Positions 14,262 through 28,295 of a stretch of DNA of 64,000 nucleotides are shown in pieces (position 1 is the stretch's first letter; each line of letters begins with the position of its first letter). This stretch comes from Eledone cirrhosa (lineage: Eukaryota). The position numbers were made by a program, and so were the translations under genes. The stretch is taken from contig OZ024749.1 of the NCBI GenBank assembly GCA_964016885.1, positions 22,630,001 to 22,694,000 on the forward strand, written 5' to 3'. The notes beneath the pieces were generated by a model, which saw only the letters and a program-made list of their open reading frames with translations, did no database searches and was not told the origin of the DNA.

Positions 14262-14672
14262 GTCTATATGTATGTAGCTATATATATAGGTATGCATGTA
14301 TATAAGTACGTACGTATGTATGTACGTATCTGCATACGTATGTATGTAAATATCACTATATATATAGCTTCTTCTCTGTAATCGGAACAATACTTCGAAA
14401 GAAAAACTAAATATTTTCCGCCATGTTGAACTCGTAAGAATACGAGTTGTTTCCTCTGTGCTGTTACTTTCATTGTTGTCCGACATGTTTCTATACTAGA
14501 ATACACTTCATTAAATTTCTCTTTTCTTGCTTTTATACCCTTTTCTTCGTGTATCATTCGGCATATTCTTGTTTACATAGAAACGAAACAAATGTATATG
14601 AATATATGCATTAATGTATATAGGTATATATGTATGTTTTATATTTCTCTGAATATGAATGTTTTTCCTTGT

Positions 14673-14711
<39 letters not shown>

Positions 14712-14819
14712 TTGCATTTATATATATATATATATATATATACAATGACTAACACAGTTACTGAAATGACAATACACAAAATTGCAATTATGTATACAAT
14801 TATACATACACACACACAC

Positions 14820-14878
<59 letters not shown>

Positions 14879-15216
14879 AAGGGGGGAGAGAATGGGGAGA
14901 TAGAGAGTTAGACAGAGAGACGGGGAACGAATGCTGGGATATGTCGAATATTTTCCTTCCCTATTCAATAAGACTGTTCTTATTAAGTACAAAATAAAAT
15001 ATAATTTGCCATAGAATTTTTATACATCACAGCTTTTGTCGTCTCAGAGAAGGCTGCGGGTCTACCACTTCTATACTCTACCTTACACAATATCTACTAA
15101 TTTTCCGTATTCTCTTCGGAAATATTTGCCTCAAGTAGCGTGAATAAACATGGAATACGCATAACTATATATATATATATATATATAAATATATATATAT
15201 ATATGTGTGTGTGTGA

Positions 15217-15250
<34 letters not shown>

Positions 15251-15307
15251 GCGTGTATGCATGGGTGTAGGTATATAGATATATATATATGTGTATATAG
15301 ATATATA

Positions 15308-15416
<109 letters not shown>

Positions 15417-15869
15417 ATATGTATATATGTATGTGTAAATATATATATATATATATTTGTATATGTGTGTGTATATACATATACATATATACATATAATT
15501 ATATTTAAAAGCCACGTCTCTCTATATTCCTTCATCTTTATTTTTCCGGTTGTTGCTTTCCTTTAGGAAAAAATAAACATGAAATAAAATATATATACAT
15601 TCAAGTATGTAAAAATATATTTTAAAATGCTCAGAAATACCGACCCTATTCTTCATTTTTCTTTCAGCCCTAACATATGAATACATATATCTTTAACTAT
15701 CTATAAATATAAACAAACAAACAATATATTAAATAATATACACACATACAATATAATATACATTTATACAATAATTCATAGAATATATAAATTAAATAGA
15801 TACAATATATATCTATCTATATCTATATATCTCTCTATCTCTCTCTATCTCTCTTTCTCTCTCTCTCTA

Positions 15870-15965
<96 letters not shown>

Positions 15966-16465
15966 CGTATATATATATATATATTCTAATTTAGATACTA
16001 TTTGAAACACACAGATACAGTATAATATGTTGTTGTGTGTTATGAAGCCAGCAGTCATAGTATCATTGATATCGAAACCGAGGCTCAAAGCGGTCGTTTG
16101 TTCAAATGTGTTCTTTAATGTTCACGCTTGTCTTAACACAATTCTCCACATTGTTTCAGTTTTCCATGTCTGTTGTCAGCAAAATTCTTGCTGATATGGC
16201 GAGTTTTCTATGCACGTCTATCTATCTGCTTGTTTTTTCATCTGTCTCAATATCTATCTATCTATATATATATATATATGTTTCTTTATTTCTCGCTCTG
16301 TCTCTCTCACCCCCTCTCTCTGCACACACACACACATACATGCATACACACACATATATATATACATATATATAAGTATATAATACTAACAGGAATAAGG
16401 ATATGATGTCTGAAAAACTTCTCTACAAACGCCATAAACACATATTTATATGCGTATATGCATAA

Positions 16466-16496
<31 letters not shown>

Positions 16497-16499
<3 letters not shown>

Positions 16500-17940
16500 A
16501 TAATAATAAATTTTAAAACTAAAATCCAAAGAGGGCTCGATAAGGATAAATATATATCAAATATATAAATATATAAGAACCGTAGAGCAAATATTTATTA
16601 AAATAACAGATTAAAGTTTAAGACAAGAATCGTTTAAGACGGGATCTTCTGAAACTAACAAAGTCAATCTGTGAACGCAGAAGTGAATATTTCAAAAAAT
16701 GTTGCAACCGGAGGAAGACAGGAAGACGATACTTTGGTTCGTGGATACGTTCCCTGGAAAAGAACGAGAAAAAAAACGAATATAATACGTCATTATTTGG
16801 AGCGGTGAAAAACAATTACACGCAAAGACAAAACCACGTTTATGTTATAAAAGAAGTCGTAGACTAATATTCTATTAGGTGGCTCATAGAGACGTTCTCT
16901 GGCAATGAACGGGGAAAAACGAAGATAATACGTCATATGTGGAGCGTGGAGGTCAATTGCACGCAAAGACAAAACCACGTAAATGGTATAACTGAAGTCG
17001 TAGACTAAAATTCTAACTAGTAAACCGAATGAATCCCGGCTTCAGAGATAAGAATAAAGTAAATAAAATACAGAGGTAATTGAAATTAAATAAATACATA
17101 ACGCATCCATATACGTACATACACAAGCATACGCGAAAACACTCGCCATAGGTATACAAATACACGCACATGTATATATATATATGTGTGTGTGCGTGTA
17201 TACAAATAATTAAATAAACGTATATAAATAAATAAATACGTATATAACAAGCGCGCACACATACCTACATGTAAATACTCATATGTTCAGAGACTTACGT
17301 CAACCAAAACACGAAGTACACATATACACACCCCCTACATACGTACGAACCCGCATACTCACACAGACGCAAAACTCAAGTATACACATAACCAAAAGCA
17401 TATGTACCAGAATATATAAAATATACGCCATAACATATACAATCAAATATACGTACGAGAAAGTATACGTATCTTCACAAAACATACAGGTAATATATAC
17501 TTACCTATACAAATAAGTAATGGTATAAACATAACATATACTTTGCTACCACATCAAGACGTAAAATATCCGCGTATAGATCGTACCATCCATTATGTCT
17601 TTTAGTTTTTTTAGTAATGTATTTAAGTCATTTTTCAATTTGTTGTGATTTGTTCCTTTTTAAAATTTAGTTTCACTTATCATGTTCATAAGGTCCAGCT
17701 TGAAGGTATCGAGTGCGGGGTTGTTTGGCGGATTTTTGCAGGATTTAAACCCGTAATTCTCCTTAGAAAATTCCCTTCCGTTGGTATTCGGTCCCTTATC
17801 GAAATGGTAAGCTTTCCATCGGACCCTGCGGATGAAATCATTAGTCCGTCGTATCATGCCCAGAGTATAGTCCTTTTTTGTAGGTATAGGTATGTTTTTC
17901 AGTGACATAACTATACGGTGCTTCTCCAATCCTAGTTTTT
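16497..17940 (-). mobile_element. Internally deleted PLE: N-terminal ORF fragment, AT-rich body, ~125-bp internal repeats, pLTR end
   Basis: ORF 17660-17929 (SLKNIPIP...FIRRVRWKAYHF...ENYGFKS..PP...F..DL..MI...KF) matches the N-terminus of PLE ORFs. The 3' end is shared with 6054, 23401 and 38478. A degenerate hammerhead lies near 16617-16655. Confidence 0.75.
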
Positions 17941-18079
17941 CTCAAATCACTACTACAATGTAACTTTACCTTCCTTTTGCCATAATTACAATTAGCACGC
18001 TTATCTCTTTGCATGTATGTATATTTTTGTACGAGTGTATATTGATGTGTATGTATGTGTCTATGTACACATGCATGTG

Positions 18080-18238
<159 letters not shown>

Positions 18239-18596
18239 ATATGCGTATATTACTTCGTTAACCTCTGTATTAACTCAACAACTATTTAGCTTTGACAGTG
18301 TTGTCCCACTCATGTATACTATTGAAGATGAAAAGAAAGACTGTAAACACTGGCTTATCTTTATAATTTAAAATTGATACACACTTCGATACTCTGTACA
18401 TGCCAAACTCTTACTTTTGCCTCATGACAGCTAGTTTTACACGCCGTAATGTTAGATACATTATACCCACCACCTAAGTAATGTCAGGGTCTCCTCAAAT
18501 AATTTATTAATAGCATTGTTGTAATTGTTGTTATTGTTCTAATTGAATGCCATTACTACTTCATATATTCTTTTCTTACCTGTGTATTCTCTTCAT

Positions 18597-18717
18597 TCTC
18601 GCATGCTCCGAAGATCTGACTGGTTATAATTTTGTATTGGCGATCGAGTAACGTGAAAATAAGCGAATAGCGATCTCTAGACCTACCAGTTCAGAGAAAC
18701 AATTGTCAGCTATGAGA
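18597..18717 (+). ncRNA. Hammerhead ribozyme with ~81-nt stem II (core variant CCGAAGA) in a pLTR-like remnant (~18240-18940)
   Basis: gct-CCGAAGA-tctgactggt...accagttcaga-GAAA-caattg-TC-agc, with palindromic loop III. Confidence 0.7.
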
Positions 18718-18939
18718 TTAAAAACCTTTTTTGTATAGCAAACCATGTCAACCTTCTTTCCTGATTTATTATTACTCCAAGTGTTTACAACATGGGAATT
18801 ACGGCATACCCGCAGCATCACTATGAAAACGCCTTGTTGAGTCAAACCAAGCCAAGCGTTAATATCATCCACTACCTGGAATACCATAACTGGACTATAC
18901 CTAAGTGGACTGCATTTAACTATTATTTGTTACCCCGTA

Positions 18940-19047
<108 letters not shown>

Positions 19048-19554
19048 ATAATTGAATATAATTGGTAGTTACAACAATTCTGGTTTGTATTTATTTTCTT
19101 GATTTTTTCTTAAATTGAGACAGGCAAACAGAATTGTCTATAGTTAGTATTCTTTTCACCTTAGCGAATCTGGTCCCTTGCGATTTGAACACATATATCT
19201 ATATGACTGTGTTCGATTTTCTTTCATATTAAATTATAATATACAGCTCGAAAATAACTTTTTCTTAGAGCTATTTTATTGTAAGAGACTATTTGAGTTC
19301 CTGCGCTGAGCTAGCCAGCCGCAGGTGTGAGCCCCGCGAGTTGGAGTGGCTTTTCCAGCGCGTTCCCCTTGCCGTCCTCCGGGGAAACGCCTTCTCCATT
19401 CTCTCCGCCGGGGCTGTGGGTGGGCCCCATCGCATACCAATACATTAGTTAAAAACCATTCTTTCATCTGATATATCTCTAAATTATATTAGGTGGTTCA
19501 TGGAGACGTTCTCTAACAAAGAACGGAAAAAACGAAGACTCAATATATACCTTT

Positions 19555-19599
<45 letters not shown>

Positions 19600-19600
19600 T

Positions 19601-19765
19601 TAATATAGAAATAGCTGGAGAAATCATCAGGGCTTCCTGATGATTTCTCTCGTATGACGCAGTTCTTATCCTATAGAAACCAATTCTATATTAAATATTA
19701 ATACTCTGCTATGTATTGAGTACTTTACTTACTGTGGTTACCTCCGATTGAACCCGGGATAAACT
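19601..19765 (+). mobile_element. Degenerate fold-back of the 5504 family with hammerhead relic
   Basis: cttc-CTGATGA-tttctctcgtat-GACG-cagttcttatccta-TA-gaaa, with tail actctgctatgtattgagtac...aacccggga. Confidence 0.7.
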
Positions 19766-19907
19766 TATATATATATATATAATGTATAAAAAACAATACA
19801 ATATAATTACCTCATTAACAGAGGTTTCCCGAATAAGACGAATACGAAAGAAACGTCTTCATTCGTTCGTCGGACGAGGCAGATATTGGAACGGAAACTT
19901 CAATACT

Positions 19908-19941
<34 letters not shown>

Positions 19942-20168
19942 TAATACAATAACAGAGATAGCTTAACGCTAAACTCAGACTGGTAACCATCTCACTCAAC
20001 GAACATTAGGTTATATGTTAGTATAACCCAATTTAAGTGTATTTTGTGGGAAGCCAGTTGTATTATTTTATAAGATATAATTCAAGTTAAAATATATCTC
20101 TCTTTCCAAACAATTGTTTCATTATAAGTTTCTACAAATTGGGAGAATGTTTCCAGTTTATGTAGAAG

Positions 20169-21561
<1,393 letters not shown>

Positions 21562-21609
21562 AGGCGTGTGGCTGAGTGGTTAGGGAATTGATATATATAT
21601 ATATAAGCT

Positions 21610-22471
21610 TGTATACGTACATACATATATGTATACAGTAGTATGTGTATATGTATACATACATGCACACATATATATATATGTACGTATGGATTCACCA
21701 AACGTTAATATGCATAAGTAAAGCATATACTTTCGGACGTTCAACAATCTGGCAAGACGATAGCTAACAAGCTTGAAACTAGTACAGCGTTCCTTTGTCA
21801 GTGTTGAACAAACGAGCAACGGTGGTTGCTAGACACTGCGGCTTTATACGGGATGTTTGTTTACAAACACACCGAGCATTATAATAAATGTTTGGTGAAT
21901 GCATACGTACATATATATATGTATGCATGTATGTATATACTACTGTACGTCTGTATACATATATGTATGTACGTATACATACTTATATTTAAGTAACAGC
22001 TGTACTAAGAGTGGGAAATGAAATTTCGTTTCATTTTTTCCGTTTATCGTTTTTTGGTGCACCCGGCCGATTAACCCACTCGATATGCAAATTGGGCTAC
22101 TTAGCCGTTAATATGCATAAGGAAAGTATATACTTCGGACGTTCAACAATCTGGCAGGAAGGTATACGTTGCTGTCGATAGCTAACACGCTTGAAACTAG
22201 TACAGCGTTCCTTTGTCAGTGTTGATCAAACGAGCAACGGTGGTTGCTAGACACTGCGGCTTTATGCGGGATGTTTGTTTACAAACACACCGAGCATTAT
22301 AATAAATGTTTGGTGAATCCATACGTACATATATATATATGCGTGCATGTATGTATACATATATACATACTCCTGTACGTCTGTATACATATACGTATGT
22401 ACGCATACATACTTATATTTAAGTAACGGCCGTACCAAGAGTGGGAAATGAAATTTCGTTTCATTTTTTCC
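21610..22471 (+). mobile_element. Retrozyme-like element: inverted piece (21610-21703) plus two tandem ~400-430-bp units; hammerhead 22167-22207
   Basis: cgttg-CTGTCGA-t-agc-taacac-gct-t-GAAA-ctag-TA-cagcg. The first unit has a deletion across the core. Confidence 0.72.
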
Positions 22472-22678
22472 AATATATATATATGCGCGAAAAACCACAA
22501 TGCCTCCATCTCGATTCTACTTTTGAAAAGCACAAGAACTGCGAAACCGGTAAAAGAACGATATAAATAAATAAAAAAACAAGACTCCAATTGCATTTTC
22601 GATTTCATCTTTTTTCCTTACACTTTTACTCCTGTAGGACTCCTGGTTATTTTTCATTTTGCAAATAAACCTCACTTT

Positions 22679-22833
<155 letters not shown>

Positions 22834-23569
22834 CGAGAGAGAGAGGTTTACACACTCATACACATATACACACATATAATTAAAAAAACGACAAACACCG
22901 AGATATAAAAAACAAGTAGTTTCACGCATTGGGGAGAACAAAGAAAAATGTTCGACGTATCATGCGTTAGGCCTTCATGAGATGTACAAGAGGCTCAGAG
23001 ATTAGATTAGACAATTTAAAAAGATGGAGATATGTGGGTGTGTGTTTGTTGTTTTTAATTTCTTTAGTATGTATCTGCGTATATGTCGTTGAATTGGTCT
23101 ATACATTGTTCGTGATGGTTTTGAGAGTCTCGAACTGTATTAACATTGCGTATGAGTGTGGTTTGTCTCTGTATGTATAAACTATACATAAAGTATTTGC
23201 GGCAATTATGTATCTGTTAATTAAAAAAAAATCAAACTTAACTTCAAAAGATGGAATAACTAAGCTTAAACAAACAATAAAAAAGTTACACTGTGAGTGA
23301 GAAATATATGTGTATATATGCTGATGTGTGTGTGTATACACACCGAAGCATACACACCCAAGCACCCCGCCCCCACATTATATATATATATATATATATA
23401 GTAATAATAATAAATGTGAAGACTAAAATCCAAAGAGGGCTCGATAAGGATAAATATATATCAAATATATAAGAACGCTAGAGCAAATATTTATTAAACT
23501 TTGCTTAAACTTTAATCTGTTATTTTAATACACACACACACACACACGTATATATATACATATATATAG

Positions 23570-25490
23570 TGAAAAATGGAACGGGAACAAAACAGAGAGG
23601 CAGTACGAACAGAGGTTTATTAGTTTCACGGTTTTGAGATGGGGGGGGGGGTCGATGACGTTTCGGGAATAAGCTCTTCTTCAGGAGAAAAGTGTGTGGG
23701 AAGAGAGTTCCGAAGGTGTGTAGGGGAGTGGGTTTGATACATTTAGAAAAAGGGGGGGGGGGTTAACGGAGGAAAAACGGTGGAAGGGGTACAAATAAAA
23801 ATAAATATAAAAAAAATAAAAATAAAAATAAACATGAAGATAAACAAGTGGTGGAAGGGTGTGGGGCGTGTAGGGGTGGTGCCGGGCGGAGTGGGGAGAT
23901 GGAGGCGGGGTGTCCGAGCGGGGAGGGCTTAAGATGGTGTATGTGTGTATTTGTACGTGTGTGTGTATGTGAATGTGAGAGTTGGGGCAAGAACGAGGTT
24001 CCATGTTCAGGAAAAGGTGTGTGTGTGGGGTGGGGTGTAGGTCGGTGTGTGTTTGCGCTTGTAGATGGGGAGGGGTCGGGGGGGGGGGGGGGGGGGGGAG
24101 AGCAATCCGGAGGCTGAGTCTGTATATATGTGGGGGTACGCACGTGTATGTGGTGTTTATACGTATTGTGGATGTAGGTGGCGTGGTGGGAAAACATTTT
24201 TCGAGTGTATGTCCGTGGGTAAGTTCCTAAGGTAGTTCCGTAGAGGGTGTGGTGAGTGGCCGGATATTTTCCTTGTGATGGAGTTGATGGTCGGAACGAT
24301 GGCCAATGTGTGTAATCCGTGGTTGTGTTGGTCGGAAGAGGGGAGATGTGGGGTGTGCGCGCACAGGAAGTGGTCAGAGAGTCAAGGCAGGAGGAGGGTA
24401 GAGGAGAATGACATGTGGAGAGGGCTGTGTGTCTGTGTGTGCGGAGGTGCGGTGGACAGGGGTGAGGATGGGTAGGTGTGAAAGGCGGAGTGGGGAGGGG
24501 TCGTGCGGGGGGAGGGTGTGTGTATGCGTGTGTGTGTGGTGAAGGGCGATGTTAGTGTGTGTTACTATACTGGTGGTGGGGAAAAGGTTGAATGCGGGTG
24601 TGTTAGTGGTGGTCAGTGGTGGTAGGGTCTGTAGAGTGGGTGGTGTAAGTGGGTGTGGGTGGGTGTGTGTGTTCGTGTGCGTGGGGTCGGGGGGATGTTA
24701 GTGGTATTAGTTGTGGGGTGGTTGGAGTGGATGTGTGAGTGAGGGTTAGTGGTGGTAGTAGGGTGTGTGGATAGTGTGAGTGCGTGTATATATGTACCGG
24801 TGGGTGTGTGCGTTAGTATTGTTAGTTGTGGGATGTACGGTGAAAAGGAGGAGTGTGTTAGTGGTGTTAGTGGAGGATATGTGGATGGGGACAGGGCGGT
24901 CGAAGACTACATGAATAGGGGTGGGGAGTTCAATCCGGGGGGAGTGTGGGTCTGTAGGGTGAAGATGGTGCGTTGTTCGACCCTGAGGAGGGTGGCGGGT
25001 GTTCCGTGGCATTGGAGTAGGCCACAGACTGTGAGGTGGTGCGCGGAATGTCCAGGGGAGCCAAAGTGGCGGGCGATGGGGGAACTCCCGCCGAGACGAA
25101 TATCCCGGAGGTGTTCGGTGAAACGGTCCGCCAGGCGACGTCCAGTCTGTCCGACGTAGGTTGCGCTACACTCCGTGCAGCGATTCCATAGACTAAGTTG
25201 GAGGAGGTGCAGCGGAAGACGTGCCGGACAGAGAGAGAGTGGCCGTTGGGACCCTGGAAGGTGGTGGTGTTGGTGATATGGGGACAGGTGTTGCAACGAG
25301 GCCTGGAATAGGGAAGGGAACAAGGGGGGGGGGGGTGAGAGAGCGTGGGTTGGGGGGTAGGGAGCTGCGGACGAGGAGGGTGCGGAGATTGCGTGCGCGT
25401 TTGAAGGAGGGGAGATGTGGGGATGGGAAGATGTGGGAAGTGGAGGGATCGGACTTGAGGCGTCGGAACAGGCGGAGGTTGGTGCGGTGG
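23570..25490 (-). mobile_element. GC-rich Penelope-like element, 5'-truncated: GIY-YIG end, long C-rich 3' region, pLTR
   Basis: CSRPRCNTC...SNLVYGI/RCTECSATYVGQTGRRLADRFTEH...PIARHF (frameshifted, 24907-25490). Hammerhead-like CTGAAGA...ccc-GAAA-cg-TC at 23652-23690 minus. Confidence 0.9.
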
Positions 25491-25493
25491 ATA

Positions 25494-28012
25494 TCTATAT
25501 ATATAAAGGGAAGATGGACATTGTTTAGTGTACCGAACTTGCCTGCTACACCGTTCATCCAATTTTCATGAAACCTCACACATATATAAAACCCAACGCG
25601 TAGAGTGGAATAGGCTACTTGAAATTTTCGAAAAATCGATAATCGGGCCCTATGACAGAATGTTTTTCGATTCCAATGAAATTTTATGTGAATTCGAACA
25701 CAAGAACTCTTAGTTTACATCTGGCGCAATAAAAATAAATTTCATATGCCCATATAAGGACGTGCGTTATTGATTGGACGGCCAGCTGCATGTCTTCCCA
25801 GCTGTCTCAGTAAACGACCGACCATTAAAGAGTTTCTTTTCATATTCCACCTTATTCAAGTGGAAATACATATTATCCCTATCTGAAAAGGGAACCAAAT
25901 TTAATGGTGTCTTTTGTGAACCTAAAAGCTGTGAGTAAATTTTCAGTCTTAAATAATCATGCTTTTTGAAAAAAAATTTACTAAATAATACGTTGACCAA
26001 GTTGTGTTGTACACATACAATACAAGTAAACAATTTTACGTCGTACCAATGTTTTCCTTTTTTAAACAAAAGATTCTAAAAAATTACTTAATTTATAATA
26101 CAGTCTTTTGCACAGGAAGTGAGTAAGTTTTCGGGTGTTTAAACGTAAGTTCACCAGGGTTTGTGTCTTCATTATTAGCCCACCTCTAATGGCATTTTTT
26201 GTTCTGCTTACGACTAAATGTTATGAGCGTATTTGCAATTAATTGCGCACACGTGCACACCTGCATGCAGATAGACACTGACAGCCAATAAAAAATCGAT
26301 AACTTGTTTATTAAGATATCGGTCAAAAAGAGAGATTGAATGTACTTTAGAACATTTTTTTAATATATTGTTCTTTTTGGCATGATATGTCAGAAATATA
26401 GCTACTATACACTTTGTTATTTTTTGTAACTAAAAAACGGTTCCTTTTGGGTGGATACTTAACGAGAAAAATCCTAGGGTTTTGGACAAGTTTGTTTCAG
26501 GCGCTGTATAGACGCCTATTTTGTCACACCTTGGTCATGAATTCGTATTCTTTTCCAATAGATATTTTCCGCTCGATAAGGCTCACCAGGATATAAGGCG
26601 TATCATTTAAAATCAGGTCCGCGCAACGGCGTGTAAGGCCAACCAGAAAATGCTATCTGCTTTACTTTTAGTCTAGATCTATTACCTCTGTTAGAGCCGT
26701 AATTGATTACCATTGTATTATTTATACATAAGGCTCACCGGAGTATAAAGCGCAGAGCTGTTTTTCGATTAAATTTAATTATTTTAAGTGCAATTTATAG
26801 ACGGGAAAATTCGGTAAGTTATTGTAATCATATTTCCAAACCTTCCCATTCACCAGTAACCATGCTAACGAATCTGGTGTCATCTCTCTCTGTATTTAAT
26901 CACCTCTCTCTAACCTAACAGCTTCGTTACACGTCGTTATGCCCACATGGAAACGTTCAAGACTTACCTCCAAAAAAGGTACAGCTATTGCTTTGAGACA
27001 ACGAATTAGGCGTTCTCAGGTATGAGTTCATTCACAATTGATTAATCCTTTATGCAATATTCTCCCTTAATGTTAGCAAGTACTGCGTTTATCCTAACTG
27101 TCACCACTTTTAAGCAACTACAACATTCTAATCGTAGTTATATTAAATTTATTGTCTTACCTTGATTCCGTTTTGTTCATGTTAGACTTTTCTCATTTAC
27201 TATTGACACTGCCATTGGCTTAGCTAACCAGTAGAATTAATTAATTTTCTCTAGCAAACACCTGCTGAGCGCGAATCTCGACTCGCTGATAGACGTCTTT
27301 CCCGGCTGGTTGAGTCACCAACATCACGTACGACAAGGCTTGCTGATGTTCGCCTTCGTCGCCAACAAGCGCTGAAGCGCTGACGGAGGAATCACCAACA
27401 TCCCGTCAGACGAGGCTTGAGGCTGTGGCAAAGGGCAATAACCCTAGATACAATTTTGATCAACTTTTTTTCACCTATAGCAAATTTACCGGGACAGGTT
27501 TTTAGCTACTCAAATCTACTTCAGAGATCACGCATTGATGTAAAAAATCAATAAAACGGAAGCGGGACTCGACTTTGCGCAAAAAAACAAGGCAAAGTTA
27601 CACATGGGAAAACTTTTTTACAGGAACGTCCTATATTCTTGAAAACTGTCACAAAAGACTCGCCATTATGCCGCGGTTAAGATAAAGGCCCTTTTAAATT
27701 CTTCTTCTGCACATGTGAGCGCAAAAATTGTAAAAAAAAAAACCCCTGAAAGTAATCGACATTTTCACCCTGCTTTAAATTAACTGAACATTCAATATCA
27801 AGCGATTTTGACTTCCGTCAGTCGTGCAGAGAACAATTTCAACGATACACTGTGTAACTACAATTAATAAATTACACACCTGTGTCTATTAACCTATTTT
27901 TTTCCATTGAAGTTCGAAGTTTTGAACCTGTGATGCGCGGGAAGTAACTTTCACACATTCTAACAGACCAAGGGTCGACTTACACCCGGGCAACGCCGGG
28001 TACTTCTGCTAG
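25494..28012 (+). mobile_element. Non-autonomous Helitron
   Basis: 5' TC(TATATATATAAA) after A. 3' GC hairpin cccgg-gcaacg-ccggg (27985-28000) then CTAG (28009-28012) before T. Confidence 0.9.
26939..27450 (+). pseudogene. Spliced N-terminal remnant of Helitron Rep/helicase (exon 26939-27019, GT-AG intron 27020-27254, exon from 27255)
   Basis: MPTWKRSRLTSKKGTAIALRQRIRRSQ|QTPAERESRLADRRLSRLVESPTSRTTRL...ESPTSRQTRL. Phase-0 intron, and an 8-bp duplication (agcgctga) breaks the frame. Confidence 0.7.
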
Positions 28013-28055
28013 TATATATATATATATAAGTAATATATATATATATATATATTTG

Positions 28056-28086
<31 letters not shown>

Positions 28087-28295
28087 GTATATATATATAT
28101 ATATATATATATGTAGATAAATTGATAGTTTGTATAATTTTGTACATAGATCTGTTGAATATGCATGCCAATTCTAACATATATATCCTAGAAACGATCG
28201 TTAAATAATGAACTTTTTTTGTTTAATATAAGGAACTGTTTCATTGTTTTATTCATTATTTTTTTAATATTTTATATATATATATATATATATAT

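Noticed and set aside
14370-14590. Possible host first exon or promoter (aacatggcgg on minus strand)
   Set aside because: Only a short motif, with no supported ORF or splice structure.
19325-19420. RNase MRP/P RNA
   Set aside because: The agcccc/ggggct pairing is reminiscent, but the spacing is too short and the conserved regions are absent.
22940-22985. Hammerhead relic CTCATGA...GATA-cg-TC on minus (similar weak case GAAA-cgatcg-TT at 28191)
   Set aside because: Too many core mismatches and no convincing stem I, so it was not counted.
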